NCBI GenBank assembly: GCA_019058275.1
Contig: JAHLVW010000094.1
Span: 71,980-103,979 of the forward strand
Source of the DNA: Candidatus Heimdallarchaeota archaeon
Lineage (GTDB): Archaea; Asgardarchaeota; Heimdallarchaeia; JABLTI01
Direction: 5' to 3'
DNA: 32,000 nt
How positions within the stretch are numbered: the stretch's first letter is position 1; every line of letters starts with the position of its first letter. Positions 1 through 9,524 of this stretch are shown here, one piece after another. The position numbers and the translations under genes were made by a program. The notes beneath the pieces are model-generated. The model was not told the origin of the DNA, made no database searches, and saw only the letters and a list, made by a program, of their open reading frames with translations.

Positions 1-168
1 ATTTCGTACCAAAGAAACGATTCTTCGTAATTTCTTCTCTTTCTCTCCTCCACAATTTTGGAAAACCCATAAAGAACATGAAGTGTCACCCTTCTTTGGA
101 TTTCCTTTTCTACTATCTGTAGGTATTTTTACTGTTTCAATTGAAATCTCACTTTTACCAGTTTTCAT
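1..168 (-). CDS. Partial CDS (N-terminal 56 codons, runs off the window edge), unknown function
   Basis: ATG at 168-166 is preceded by AAGGAG about 10 nt upstream. The frame is open to position 1 (MKTGKSEISIETVKIPTDSRKGNPKKGDTSCSLWVFQNCGGEKEKKLRRIVSLVRN). No recognisable family. Confidence 0.3.
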   Translation of the reverse strand, partial: MKTGKSEISIETVKIPTDSRKGNPKKGDTSCSLWVFQNCGGEKEKKLRRIVSLVRN

Positions 169-313
169 TGTTTGAGGACTCCTTTGAACAAGAAAAAAAT
201 ATCCGTTATAGTATTTTATGTTTTCTCAAGGAACAAACTTTTGTAAAAGGCTAGTACTACTTTCTCGATAAGATTTTTTAATAGAAAATATAGCTATTTT
301 TGAAGGTATAATA

Positions 314-1075
314 ATGTTCAAGAAATTAATGCCTGGAGCAAAACCATTTTTCTATGAACGAGGTAAAGTGGGCTGTTTACTCTGCCATGGATATACTGGT
401 ACTCCTGATGAAGTACATGGAATAGGAAAATATTTAGCTGAAAAAGGCATTACAACAATTGCACCATTATTACCTGGTCATGGTACTACATTAGATGAAC
501 TGATAAAAACGAACACTGATGATTGGTCTAAAGAATATAGTTATGCATTTAACTGGTTGAAAGAATATTGTGAAGAATTTTTTGTTTGTGGATTATCTTT
601 GGGTGGAGTATTAACACTACGTTTTGCTATTGAAAATGAGGTTAATGGCATTATTTCAATGGCAACCCCTGCGAAGTTTAAATTCCATCAAGGACTCCTC
701 TTGTCTTTAATAGCTCCTATTTTGAGAAACTTTGCTATCAAAAAAAGCAAAGAAGAATTGAAAGGACAAGAAAAATACAACATTATCTGTTATGATAAGT
801 ATCCCATTTGGCCGGCAAATTCCATAAGAAAATTAGTAAAAAGAAATCAATTTCAACTTAAGGATATTACTGATCCCATACTTATTATCCAAGGATCACT
901 TGATGAAAATTGGTTAAAGGAATCTGCAAAAATTATCTATGATAGAGTTTCATCAAAAGACAAAGAGCTAGTGTTTCTTGAAAAATCTCCACATAGTCTA
1001 ACTCATGGTTCAGAAAAAGAGCTAGTTAATGAAATCATTTACAATTTTATTAAAAAGAACTCTAAATTGATTTAG
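314..1075 (+). CDS. Alpha/beta-hydrolase fold esterase/lipase (carboxylesterase or monoacylglycerol-lipase-like)
   Basis: 253 aa. It has an HGYTGTP oxyanion-type motif, a GLSLGG nucleophile elbow (GxSxG), and a C-terminal SPH(S) region consistent with the catalytic His. It ends in TAG. Confidence 0.8.
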   Translation: MFKKLMPGAKPFFYERGKVGCLLCHGYTGTPDEVHGIGKYLAEKGITTIAPLLPGHGTTLDELIKTNTDDWSKEYSYAFNWLKEYCEEFFVCGLSLGGVLTLRFAIENEVNGIISMATPAKFKFHQGLLLSLIAPILRNFAIKKSKEELKGQEKYNIICYDKYPIWPANSIRKLVKRNQFQLKDITDPILIIQGSLDENWLKESAKIIYDRVSSKDKELVFLEKSPHSLTHGSEKELVNEIIYNFIKKNSKLI

Positions 1076-1202
1076 ATTTTCAATAAATATTTGCGAAAAG
1101 AATAGCAAAAACTTGGATCACATTTTTGGTCATTTTTATTAAATCCTCGCATTTTAGCGAGAAACCTTTAAATAATTGAAGTCAGACCTCTAACTGATTG
1201 GG

Positions 1203-1631
1203 ATGTGGATACTCGACATAAAATCTGATCTTGGGAAAATGAGTTCTATACAAGTAGCGATACTTATGGAATATGCAAAATCAGGTGAAGAACCAAAAAA
1301 GATTACAGACATAATAGCTGTTTTAAGCAATGCTTTTGAAGGTTACTGGGAACCAAAGAAAGGAACAATTTACCCAGCAGTACATAATTTGCATGTGAGG
1401 GGATTCCTGAAAATGCATGCGATAAAACCATATGGGTATTCAATCACTGATAAAGGCTTGGAATTAATTCACAAAATGATTTCCAATATAAATCTGCAAA
1501 TGGAAGTATACATGCAGTACTATTCATTTCTACTAAATAATTATGATGCTATAGACCTAAAAAAAGCTACAAAAATAAGAAATCAAATTTTGAAGTCGAT
1601 AGAAGATTATACAAAATCAATTAAAGAATGA
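1203..1631 (+). CDS. PadR-like winged-helix transcriptional regulator
   Basis: The GTIYPAVHNLHVRGFLK wing/recognition pattern is typical of PadR. The real start may be the internal ATG at 1239 (MSSIQVAILMEY...). Confidence 0.55.
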   Translation: MWILDIKSDLGKMSSIQVAILMEYAKSGEEPKKITDIIAVLSNAFEGYWEPKKGTIYPAVHNLHVRGFLKMHAIKPYGYSITDKGLELIHKMISNINLQMEVYMQYYSFLLNNYDAIDLKKATKIRNQILKSIEDYTKSIKE

Positions 1632-1734
1632 AAAAAATGAATAGTGGACCGCCTCTTATATCCTAATTGTCCATAAAATGAAACAACTGTTGATACCCTT
1701 TATTTATTTCCTTTTGAAAAAGGAGTATAGAAAA

Positions 1735-1813
1735 TGGAGCCGTTGGAGGGATTTGAACCCTCGTTCTACTGATTACGAAGCAGGTGCCTTAGACCAAGCT
1801 TGGCCACAACGGC
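1735..1813 (-). tRNA. tRNA, most likely Thr (anticodon CGU), with genomically encoded CCA
   Basis: The reverse complement is GCCGTTGTGGCCAAGCTTGGTCTAAGGCACCTGCTTCGTAATCAGTAGAACGAGGGTTCAAATCCCTCCAACGGCTCCA. It has a 7-bp acceptor stem (GCCGTTG/CAACGGC), a T arm GAGGG-TTCAAAT-CCCTC, and the D-arm positions U8, A14, G18G19 and A21. In standard register the anticodon loop is TTCGTAA (U33, CGT, A37). The discriminator is U73. The anticodon stem is irregular (see findings). Confidence 0.75.
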
Positions 1814-2029
1814 TGTAAATTGCTATTCAACTATCCAATTCTTTTCTTTAATATTTCTTACCATTCTGCAAAAAAATCACTTTTCTCTTTTGCTTCAGTA
1901 CATTTGCTTTTAAATTTTCATAACATCATCATCCCCAAAGCTTTTAAGTACTACTTCAGCAATGAAACGTATTACCGATTAGAGTTTATTTTCTGACAGT
2001 TAAACAATAAAAAGGTGTTATGTGAAACC

Positions 2030-2188
2030 ATGAACCTCATTTCAGTGAAAATTCCAGAAACTTTTCTTGAAGGATTAGATGATTTAGTTAGATTAGGTGT
2101 TTATCCAAGCAGGTCTGAAGTGATAAGAGTAGCTATAAGGGATCTATTACGAAAGGAGTTATGGGATAGTAGAAGAAGAGGCTCTTAA
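2030..2188 (+). CDS. Ribbon-helix-helix (CopG/NikR-type) DNA-binding protein, 52 aa (below the ORF-track cutoff)
   Basis: Hand translation gives [52 protein letters not shown]. This is the classic RHH pattern: beta strand (ISVKIP), helix (LDDLV), then [20 protein letters not shown] lies upstream and the stop is TAA at 2186-2188. Confidence 0.6.
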   Translation: MNLISVKIPETFLEGLDDLVRLGVYPSRSEVIRVAIRDLLRKELWDSRRRGS

Positions 2189-2271
2189 GTATAATTCATC
2201 CTATTCCGAAACTAAAAAAAGGATTAATATTAACTAACATTTAGAGTATATGACAGAAGGGATAAAGAATT

Positions 2272-2691
2272 ATGGTGATCTATTCTACTGAAATTGATTT
2301 GGCTACAGAAGGTGAAACTCAGATTTTTGATATCACGCTTCAAGTAAGAAATGTTGTGAAAGATTCGGGTATTCTGAAAGGATTAGTTAATGCTTTTGTT
2401 CCTGGAGCAACAGGAGCAATCACAACCATGGAATATGAACCTAGATTAGTTGAGGATACAATTAACCTTTTGAAACGAATTGTTCCTAAAGGAGTTGGTT
2501 ATCAACATGATTATCAAGATGATAATGCTCATAGTCATTTACGAGCAAGCTTACTTTCACCTGAAATAACTTTTCCAATAATTAAAGGTGAGCCAGTACT
2601 TGGAACATGGCAACAAATTGTTTTCATAGAACTAGACACTCGAGGTAGAGAAAGAAAGATTATTGTGACAGTTGTGGGAGACAAGAAGTAA
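2272..2691 (+). CDS. YjbQ/UPF0047 family protein (secondary thiamine-phosphate synthase-like)
   Basis: 139 aa. It shows the family pattern: ...GATGAITTMEYEP...D, NAHSHLRASLL, LGTWQQIVFIELD.RGRERKI. Confidence 0.8.
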   Translation: MVIYSTEIDLATEGETQIFDITLQVRNVVKDSGILKGLVNAFVPGATGAITTMEYEPRLVEDTINLLKRIVPKGVGYQHDYQDDNAHSHLRASLLSPEITFPIIKGEPVLGTWQQIVFIELDTRGRERKIIVTVVGDKK

Positions 2692-2741
2692 TTTCATTAG
2701 AATTTCTTCTTTTTTTTACACCAAGTATTTTTGGGATAGAA

Positions 2742-2942
2742 ATGAGTACCAATGAGTTTATTGTTATAAGATGTCCTAGATGTGGAAAATGGACATATGC
2801 CAAAAGTAGACAAAAAACTCGTTTTTGTAGTAGGTGTGAAAAAAGATTCAAGATTAATCCTATACAAGTTATTTACGCAACAAGTCACCAACATGCAAAT
2901 TTGCTTGTGAAAATGAAAAATGAAGAAGAGATGCATAAATAA
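2742..2942 (+). CDS. Small archaeal zinc-ribbon protein (DUF1922-like)
   Basis: 66 aa with CPRCG...x14...CSRCE (two CxxC knuckles) in a basic context. The DUF assignment is tentative. Confidence 0.5.
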   Translation: MSTNEFIVIRCPRCGKWTYAKSRQKTRFCSRCEKRFKINPIQVIYATSHQHANLLVKMKNEEEMHK

Positions 2943-3069
2943 TCTTATTAATTATATAGAATTTGAATAACTATTTAATTTGCACAAACAAACGGAAAAA
3001 TATTTTAAAGACAAATATTTTTACAAACACTAGTCCAAAAAAATCTGAGTATCATATGTGGTGTAAAAT

Positions 3070-3258
3070 TTGAAACCAAGGTCATGGATGATCCTAATAA
3101 TTGCTATAGGAGCAATTGCTCTTGTCACTGGTATACTATTAGCAATGCCTGATAGAATTATAGAGTTTTTCAATATCCCTCCAACGTCAATTGACGCTTT
3201 TAAGGACTTTATTCAGCAATATGTGACCGGAATACCTATCCCACCACCGATATCATAA
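3070..3258 (+). CDS. Small single-pass membrane protein, hypothetical
   Basis: It has a hydrophobic N-terminal helix (ILIIAIGAIALVTGILLA). The track start is TTG; the ATG at 3088 with AGGT upstream is an alternative. It lies directly upstream of the polyferredoxin gene. Confidence 0.35.
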   Translation: MKPRSWMILIIAIGAIALVTGILLAMPDRIIEFFNIPPTSIDAFKDFIQQYVTGIPIPPPIS

Positions 3259-3287
3259 TAACCAACTAACTTACGGAGAAAAACAAG

Positions 3288-4238
3288 ATGGGTACACGCG
3301 CTCAAGATTCAAAGGTCAAAGCATTTGGTTTACGTGTATTAGAAACTATGAATGCTAGAAAGGTACGTCTCTTAAGATGGCTTGTTCAAATAGTTTCTTT
3401 TGTACTAATCAACGGTGGATTGATTGGCCTAGGTTGGACCTATATACCTTTACCAATTAATCAACCAGCAGGTGCTCCATTTACCACTATTGTTGGAGGA
3501 TTCGATGCATTTCAACAGATTTTTTCTGCTGGCTATTTTCCATTCTTAATATTTGGTGTATGCTTAATAATTGGTGGTATATTTGGTAGAATGCTATGTG
3601 GCTGGATCTGTCCTTTCGGATTCTTCCAAGATTTAATGAGATTGGTACCAGTTAAGAAGCTAAAGGTTTCAAAACCATTGAATAAAGGATTGCGAGATAT
3701 GCGTGCAGTCGTTTTCTGGGCAATAATTATTATCGCTGGATTTCTAGGTTACAGAGAACTAATAGGTGATAGTGTTGCAGAAGGGTTCAGAGCATTTGCT
3801 AAGCAACCATGGACTCCTTTAAATCCTGCAGCAACTTTATTTGTAATGTTCTATTACATGGTATTCTGGAAACAATACCCAGGCGGAGAGGAAGACTTCG
3901 TAGCTGGTGATTGGAAATTCATGTTCTATTTCAGAATAATCCTATTGCTAGCAGTAATTGGATTAAGCATCTTTATTCCAAGATTCTACTGCAGATATGT
4001 CTGTCCAATTGGTTATACGATGGGTTATACTGCAAAATACAGTCTTATAGGAATTGCTCGAAATCCTGCAAGATGTACACGATGTGGTAGTTGTGAAGAC
4101 ATGTGTGAAAAGAGCGCAATGCAAGTACCTATACTTGACTACTCGTATGAAAGGGTGCGGGATACCAACTGTACGAATTGTGGCTCTTGCTTAGATGCAT
4201 GTCCTCATGGAGCTATCTACTTCAAATTCAAAGGATAA
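3288..4238 (+). CDS. Membrane-bound 4Fe-4S polyferredoxin (NapH/MauN-like)
   Basis: Several TM segments. CGWICPFG and CRYVCPIG are CxxxCP motifs. There are two C-terminal ferredoxin motifs, CTRCGSCEDMC and CTNCGSCLDACP. Confidence 0.75.
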   Translation: MGTRAQDSKVKAFGLRVLETMNARKVRLLRWLVQIVSFVLINGGLIGLGWTYIPLPINQPAGAPFTTIVGGFDAFQQIFSAGYFPFLIFGVCLIIGGIFGRMLCGWICPFGFFQDLMRLVPVKKLKVSKPLNKGLRDMRAVVFWAIIIIAGFLGYRELIGDSVAEGFRAFAKQPWTPLNPAATLFVMFYYMVFWKQYPGGEEDFVAGDWKFMFYFRIILLLAVIGLSIFIPRFYCRYVCPIGYTMGYTAKYSLIGIARNPARCTRCGSCEDMCEKSAMQVPILDYSYERVRDTNCTNCGSCLDACPHGAIYFKFKG

Positions 4239-4252
4239 TCTTATTAACTATT

Positions 4253-4290
4253 AAATCCCTTTAGGGATTTTTTCTTATTCTTTTTCATTT
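4253..4290 (+). terminator. Hairpin plus T-rich tract after the polyferredoxin gene
   Basis: AAATCCC-TTTA-GGGATTT (4253-4270) is followed by TTTCTTATTCTTTTTCATTTT. Archaeal termination relies on oligo-T, so the role of the hairpin is uncertain. Confidence 0.4.
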
Positions 4291-4315
4291 TCCCGCAAAA
4301 GCATTTTAGTTTGAA

Positions 4316-5092
4316 ATGATATACTCTTCTAGTGTGGGAATAATGAATTCAGATATGGAATCATGCATTAAGATAGTAAAAGAGCTAAAACGTAAAGGTG
4401 CAATTAATGCTTATGTTCTTACAGGAGCAGGAATTTCGAGAGCTTCTAATATTCCTACATTTCGAGGAGAAGATGGTCTATGGGAAAAGTACAATTTTGA
4501 AGAAGTTGCTACAATTGATGCATGGTTGAAAAATCCAACTAAGATATGGACTTTCTATGCTGAGGGTATTGATATTATTCTGAATGCTGAACCCAATCCA
4601 GCACATAAATCCATTACTCAATTACAAGAACATGGATTCTGCAAATACATAATCACTCAAAATGTTGATAACCTTCATCAAAAAGCTGGATCAAAGGATG
4701 TTCTTGAGATACATGGAAATATAACACGTGTTCGTTGTATGGAGTGCAATGAGAAGCAAGTTTATACAGAACCCCTAAAAGAAATTCCTCCAATGTGTAA
4801 GTGTGGAGGTATGCTGAGACTAGATGTCGTTCTATTTAATGAACAACTACCATACGAATTGATAAATAAGGCATTTGATATTGCAAAAAAAGCTGATTTA
4901 GTATTTATAGTTGGTACAAGCGCTGAAGTTGTACCAGCAGCTACATTACCATATATCTCTAAGAAAAATGGAGCAAAAATTATAATATTTAACAAAGAAA
5001 AAACTGAACATGTTCAAATTGCTGATTGCTTCATAACCGGAAAATGCGAGGAAAGTCTTCCGAAATTTCTGAATATGTTGCTGAATCATTAA
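4316..5092 (+). CDS. Sir2-family NAD-dependent protein deacylase
   Basis: Motifs GAGISRASNIPTFRG, QNVDNLH and HG, a zinc module CMEC...CKCGG, and GTSAEV. The start may be an internal ATG (MNSDME). Confidence 0.85.
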   Translation: MIYSSSVGIMNSDMESCIKIVKELKRKGAINAYVLTGAGISRASNIPTFRGEDGLWEKYNFEEVATIDAWLKNPTKIWTFYAEGIDIILNAEPNPAHKSITQLQEHGFCKYIITQNVDNLHQKAGSKDVLEIHGNITRVRCMECNEKQVYTEPLKEIPPMCKCGGMLRLDVVLFNEQLPYELINKAFDIAKKADLVFIVGTSAEVVPAATLPYISKKNGAKIIIFNKEKTEHVQIADCFITGKCEESLPKFLNMLLNH

Positions 5093-5194
5093 ATTCTAAT
5101 TAAAACAATAAAAAAGTAAATTAATTGCTTATCATCGGAATATTTACATTAACAAATGAAATCAAAGTCTATTTGATGATTTGGAGCTAGGAGA

Positions 5195-6454
5195 ATGAAA
5201 ATTTACTTAACAATTTCGCTAATAGGACCTTTCATTCTAGATGATGATGGAAATATCATTAATACTAGAGACTTTAAATTAGATCCGAAACTCGTAGCAA
5301 AGAAGCTATCTGCTATTGATTCAGGAAAGGGTCCCAAAGAATTGGATGAAATCCTCAAAGAACACAAAAAAGACGATATTGTTGTTACAGACTCAAAACT
5401 TAATCGAATCCTTTCATCTCAAGGATTTAAAGTAATTAGCGAATTCCAGAATCCTATTATTAGAAACTTCCACAAGGAGATAATTACTCATATACAAAAT
5501 ATGGGTATCTTCAAAACCGAGAAAGATTATCTGAAGTTCCTCAGAGAAACATCCATAGCATTAACTCGAGAAAGAGTTAGAGCAGCAGCTGAAAAAAGAG
5601 ATCGATTGATTGTTCATGCTATAGAAACAATAGATGATACAGATAAAACAACTAATCTGTTTGCTAATAGGTTAAGGGAATTTTATGGTATGCATTTTCC
5701 GGAATTAGTTGATGCTATTGAAAATCACAATACTTTTGCTATCATTGTAAGCAAAACTGGAGATAAGATGAACATTGACAAAAAATTACTTGTAGATGAA
5801 ATCAAACTTCCAGATAAAAAAGCAGAAACACTTTTGGCATCACGCGAAACTTCAATGGGTTCTGATTTACTCGAACAAGATATGATAATAATTAAAGAAC
5901 AAGCAAAAACACTTGTTAATCTATTCAAGCGTCGACAAGCACTTGAAAAATGGATGGAGGAAGCTATGACAACAGTAGCACCAAATATTTGTGGAGTTGT
6001 TAGCCCACTTTTAGGTGCTAGGTTAATTTCACTAGCAGGTTCTCTGAAAGGTTTAGCTTTATGTGCATCAAGTAAAATACAAATTTTGGGTGCGGAGAAG
6101 GCTCTCTATAGAACAATTAAAACAGGTGCACCTCCTCCAAAACATGGTATTATTTATCAAGATCCAAGATTAAATCAAGCTAAGTGGTGGCTTAGAGGAA
6201 AAATTGCTCGAGTGCTATCTGGAAGACTTTCAATTGCAGCTCGTATGGATTATTTTGAAGCTGACGATAAATCTAAGGATTTAGCTAAGGAATTAAGTAA
6301 AAAAATAGAAGAAGTTAAGATCAAGTATCCCGATCCTCCTAGTAGACCACCTCGGAAACCAAAACCCATGAAAAGTTTTGCAAAAGGTGGTGCTACAAGA
6401 CCAAGACCTTCTGGTTCAAAGAAGAGCAAAGGCAGCTATAAGAAGAAGAGATGA
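5195..6454 (+). CDS. nop5: Nop5 (Nop56/58) C/D box sRNP core protein
   Basis: 419 aa. It has a coiled-coil middle region and a NOP domain (FPEL...APN...GA.LI..AGSL..LA..P.S.IQ.LGAEKALFR...HG.I.Q). The C-terminal tail is Lys/Arg-rich. AGGAG ribosome-binding site. The gene lies immediately upstream of fibrillarin. Confidence 0.9.
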   Translation: MKIYLTISLIGPFILDDDGNIINTRDFKLDPKLVAKKLSAIDSGKGPKELDEILKEHKKDDIVVTDSKLNRILSSQGFKVISEFQNPIIRNFHKEIITHIQNMGIFKTEKDYLKFLRETSIALTRERVRAAAEKRDRLIVHAIETIDDTDKTTNLFANRLREFYGMHFPELVDAIENHNTFAIIVSKTGDKMNIDKKLLVDEIKLPDKKAETLLASRETSMGSDLLEQDMIIIKEQAKTLVNLFKRRQALEKWMEEAMTTVAPNICGVVSPLLGARLISLAGSLKGLALCASSKIQILGAEKALYRTIKTGAPPPKHGIIYQDPRLNQAKWWLRGKIARVLSGRLSIAARMDYFEADDKSKDLAKELSKKIEEVKIKYPDPPSRPPRKPKPMKSFAKGGATRPRPSGSKKSKGSYKKKR

Positions 6455-6476
6455 ATTATAGAAGGTGAATTGACAA

Positions 6477-7163
6477 ATGGAAATTAAAAAATACAAATCT
6501 TTTGAAGGCATTTATCATGTAATCTTTCCAGAGGGAGTGCGAAAAATCGCAACATTGAATTTTACCCCCGGTCATCGAGTTTATGGTGAAGATTTAATTC
6601 CATTGGGTAAGCAAGAATATCGCTTATGGGACCCAACAAGATCAAAGCTCGCAGCTGCCATTGTTAAAGGTTTAAAGAAAGTACCAATAATTCCAGGTAG
6701 CTATGTTCTATATTTGGGTGCTGCTTCTGGAACAACTCCAAGTCATGTCTCTGATATCATTGGTTTAAAGGGATTTGAATATTGTATTGAATTCTCGCCT
6801 AGATCAATTAGAGATTTAGTCTTTCTATGTGAAAAACGTCAAAATATGTCGCCGATTTTAGAAGATGCAAGATATCCCAAGAACTATGAATATTTGGTTA
6901 ATCCAGTAGATGTAGTATATTGTGATATTGCACAGCCAGATCAAGCGAAAATTATGGCTGATAATGCAAATGCCTTTCTAAAGAAAGGGGGGTATATCTT
7001 ACTAGCAATTAAAGCAAGAAGCATAAGTTCGACTAAAAATCCATCAATTATTTACAAGCAACAAATGGAAATACTAGAAGATGAGGGTTTTGAAATCATA
7101 GAAGCTATAGACTTACATCCTCTAGAAAAAGACCATGCTATGATTTTAGGAAAGAAAAATTAA
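6477..7163 (+). CDS. flpA: Fibrillarin-like rRNA/tRNA 2'-O-methyltransferase
   Basis: Motifs YRLWDP.RSKLAAAI, VLYLGAASGTTPSHVSDI and D.AQPDQA. AGGTGA ribosome-binding site. Conserved operon partner of nop5. Confidence 0.95.
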   Translation: MEIKKYKSFEGIYHVIFPEGVRKIATLNFTPGHRVYGEDLIPLGKQEYRLWDPTRSKLAAAIVKGLKKVPIIPGSYVLYLGAASGTTPSHVSDIIGLKGFEYCIEFSPRSIRDLVFLCEKRQNMSPILEDARYPKNYEYLVNPVDVVYCDIAQPDQAKIMADNANAFLKKGGYILLAIKARSISSTKNPSIIYKQQMEILEDEGFEIIEAIDLHPLEKDHAMILGKKN

Positions 7164-7265
7164 GCTAGATTTTCACAAACAAAAGATTATATAAACTTGA
7201 AAGTAAATCAATAAGTATAAACTTTGAATAAAATCGCTGGATATGCATTATAGGAGTTTGCCAGA

Positions 7266-8135
7266 TTGAAACTTAGAAGAACCAGAATTAAAAAAATGTT
7301 CAAAGATAAAAATGCTGTTTCTCAAATTCTGGCTGCTATAATGATGATCTTTCTATTTACAGCTGCGATAGGTGTTGTATGGGGCTATCTCTATCCTACT
7401 TACAGACGATTTCAAACAACAAATGCAATAAACAGTGTTACATTATATATGCTGAATATTGATGAATCGATTTATGATATATATGGAAAAGGAGAAGGAA
7501 CAACAAAAACCATAAGAGTCGATCCTAGTTATGGAACTTTCTTTTATGAGGAAGGAAAAAATGTTAGTTTACAGTATAGTAATACTGCAGGAACATTTAC
7601 TGGGTCATATGTTTTCTCTAAATTGGGTGCGTTTTCATATTCACTTGAAAATAGAAGGGGAGTAATCCTTGACGTAGGACAACATCGATATCTTAAAGGA
7701 CCTAAAGTCCAAAATACTTTCTTCATAAATGGATCAGACGATGGTTTAACTTACCAGGGCTTAACAAATCTCACCTTATCACGCACAGATGAAAAAGCAA
7801 TGAAAATAGAGCTTGAATACCGAGCAAGAGTTTACTATTGGTTTGATCAAACAAATAACGTATTATCTGTAATCATTAATTTAGTACAAATAGACATTAA
7901 TGGAGTAGAATTCAGTTTTCATGATTATAATGAATTGGTATTAGCTTATAATACTACAAGAACAGTTTATTCAACTAGTGCTAATATTGATGACGATTTC
8001 TTTATAGATGGCTCAATAGCTTCAGTTGGCTTTAACCCTTCAGAACCAGCTTTAACATTTATTAAACCTCTAGCTGTTGCTAATTATGATGTAAATATAG
8101 ATGTTGTAGTTTCACAAATTCTATTTTATTATTGA
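7266..8135 (+). CDS. Archaeal type IV pilin-like protein (class III signal peptide, DUF1628-like N-terminus)
   Basis: KDKNAVSQILAAIMMIFLFTAAIGVVWGY matches the archaeal prepilin N-terminal pattern (basic stretch, AVS, long hydrophobic helix). The track start is TTG; the ATG at 7296 (MFKDKNAVS...) is more likely. Confidence 0.55.
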   Translation: MKLRRTRIKKMFKDKNAVSQILAAIMMIFLFTAAIGVVWGYLYPTYRRFQTTNAINSVTLYMLNIDESIYDIYGKGEGTTKTIRVDPSYGTFFYEEGKNVSLQYSNTAGTFTGSYVFSKLGAFSYSLENRRGVILDVGQHRYLKGPKVQNTFFINGSDDGLTYQGLTNLTLSRTDEKAMKIELEYRARVYYWFDQTNNVLSVIINLVQIDINGVEFSFHDYNELVLAYNTTRTVYSTSANIDDDFFIDGSIASVGFNPSEPALTFIKPLAVANYDVNIDVVVSQILFYY

Positions 8136-8203
8136 AAATTAAACAACTTTCATTTATCCTTTTTCATACTAACTTTTAAATACAAGCTTATAGTGCCAAA
8201 TCA

Positions 8204-8545
8204 TTGCTGAAGAGAATAAGCTGGAGATTGAATACGATGGTCAAAATCCCCGCGAAAATGCGTACCTATTGTAAAAAATGCAACAAACATACTACCCAAA
8301 CCGTTAGACAAGAAAAAGGCGGTCGACGTGGTAGTGGTCTTGTAAAAGGTACTAGACGTGCTAAAAGACATAAAAGAGGATCAGGTAATAAAGGAAAATA
8401 TTCCAAGAAAGCTGTTTCTCAACTTAAGATGGCTTCCAAAACCTCAGCAAAGGTCGATTTAAGATTAACTTGTGATGAATGTAAAGCCACATGGGTTAGA
8501 ACCTATGCTCGTGCACGTTCTGTAGAAATAGTCAAAACGGGTTAA
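8204..8545 (+). CDS. rpl44e: Ribosomal protein L44e (eL42)
   Basis: KIPAKMRTYCKKCNKHTTQTV...LRLTCDECK is a four-Cys zinc ribbon in a very basic protein. The probable true start is ATG 8237 (MVKIPAK...). Confidence 0.85.
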   Translation: MLKRISWRLNTMVKIPAKMRTYCKKCNKHTTQTVRQEKGGRRGSGLVKGTRRAKRHKRGSGNKGKYSKKAVSQLKMASKTSAKVDLRLTCDECKATWVRTYARARSVEIVKTG

Positions 8546-8617
8546 ATCCCAATTTTTCAATATTTTACTGATACTTTTCCTTATTTTTCATTCATAAAAG
8601 TTAGTCATTTTATTTAT

Positions 8618-9451
8618 GTGATGCTTAGTTATATTACAAATGAAATGTTAGTGTGTGTAGAAATGAGTGGAAATCATCTAAATATCATTACAAAAATAAT
8701 TAGCGACTTTAAATTGAAAAATGGAGTACTAATACAATGCTTCCCAGGACAAGGTCTTGTTGGTCGTATTGCAGGGATGCAATTAATAGAGTACTTCAAT
8801 GCTAAAAAAGCTGCCAAAATATATTCAAGTTATTTTCCTCATCTTGTGATATTTCAAGGAGAACTCGGGAAATTAGTTCATGGTGAATTGTGGGCTATTG
8901 AAAAAAACAATCCTCCTCTGTTAATTCTCACAGGTGAAAGTCAACCCCAAGAAGGCGCTGAAGGAATGTTTCAAGTTTTGAATGCAACATTAGACATTGC
9001 TGAAAAGTGGGGTATTAACAAAGTAATTGCTATAGGTGGTTTTAGACCAGCAGATTTAGAATCAACACCTGAAGTAACTGCTTTTGCCTATACTGAAGAT
9101 GATGCTAATAGGCTTAAAGAACATAACATTAATCTCTTCACTGAAGGAAGAGTTAGTGGTGCAGTAGGAGTTCTAACAGCTCTTGCTTCAGAAAGAGGTT
9201 TCATGTCATATGGAATAATGGGTAAAGTAAGACCAGGTGAAGGTTCCGCACTTGCTTTTGGAGTTGATCCTATTGCTTCAAAAAATGTTTTAAATGCTGT
9301 CTGTAAATTATTAGGTTTTGAAATGGATTTATCTAAAATGGATCAAATGATTCAAGATATTCAGCAAACTGAAGCAAAAGCAATGCGTGTCATTGACGAT
9401 TTAAGTAGAACAAGAACTGATAGAGCAGAAAGAAAGACCTACTATATTTAA
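8618..9451 (+). CDS. PAC2-family proteasome assembly chaperone (PbaA-like)
   Basis: It has the FPGQGLVGRIAG motif near the N-terminus and the overall COG1938-like layout. The C-terminus ...TYYI resembles an HbYX docking motif. The track start is GTG and the true start may be internal. Confidence 0.6.
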   Translation: MMLSYITNEMLVCVEMSGNHLNIITKIISDFKLKNGVLIQCFPGQGLVGRIAGMQLIEYFNAKKAAKIYSSYFPHLVIFQGELGKLVHGELWAIEKNNPPLLILTGESQPQEGAEGMFQVLNATLDIAEKWGINKVIAIGGFRPADLESTPEVTAFAYTEDDANRLKEHNINLFTEGRVSGAVGVLTALASERGFMSYGIMGKVRPGEGSALAFGVDPIASKNVLNAVCKLLGFEMDLSKMDQMIQDIQQTEAKAMRVIDDLSRTRTDRAERKTYYI

Positions 9452-9524
9452 GAAAAAAAGATTAGAATTTTTGAGATTTCTCTCAAAATTTCTTATCCAA
9501 TATTTGGCTTTTTTTTTATTAATG

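Noticed and set aside
1861-1945. C/D box sRNA candidate on the minus strand (AUGAUGA ... CUGA ... GUGAUUU), prompted by the nearby Nop5/fibrillarin genes
   Set aside because: The C box to D' box spacing is about 27 nt instead of about 12. The C' box is degenerate, and there is no terminal D box or closing stem. A UUGAUGA near 5173 overlaps the nop5 ribosome-binding-site region and also lacks a D box.
8546-8617. Expected S27e gene downstream of L44e (a common archaeal operon partner)
   Set aside because: The spacer is only 72 nt and has no ORF. The next gene is a PAC2-family protein, so S27e is simply not encoded here.
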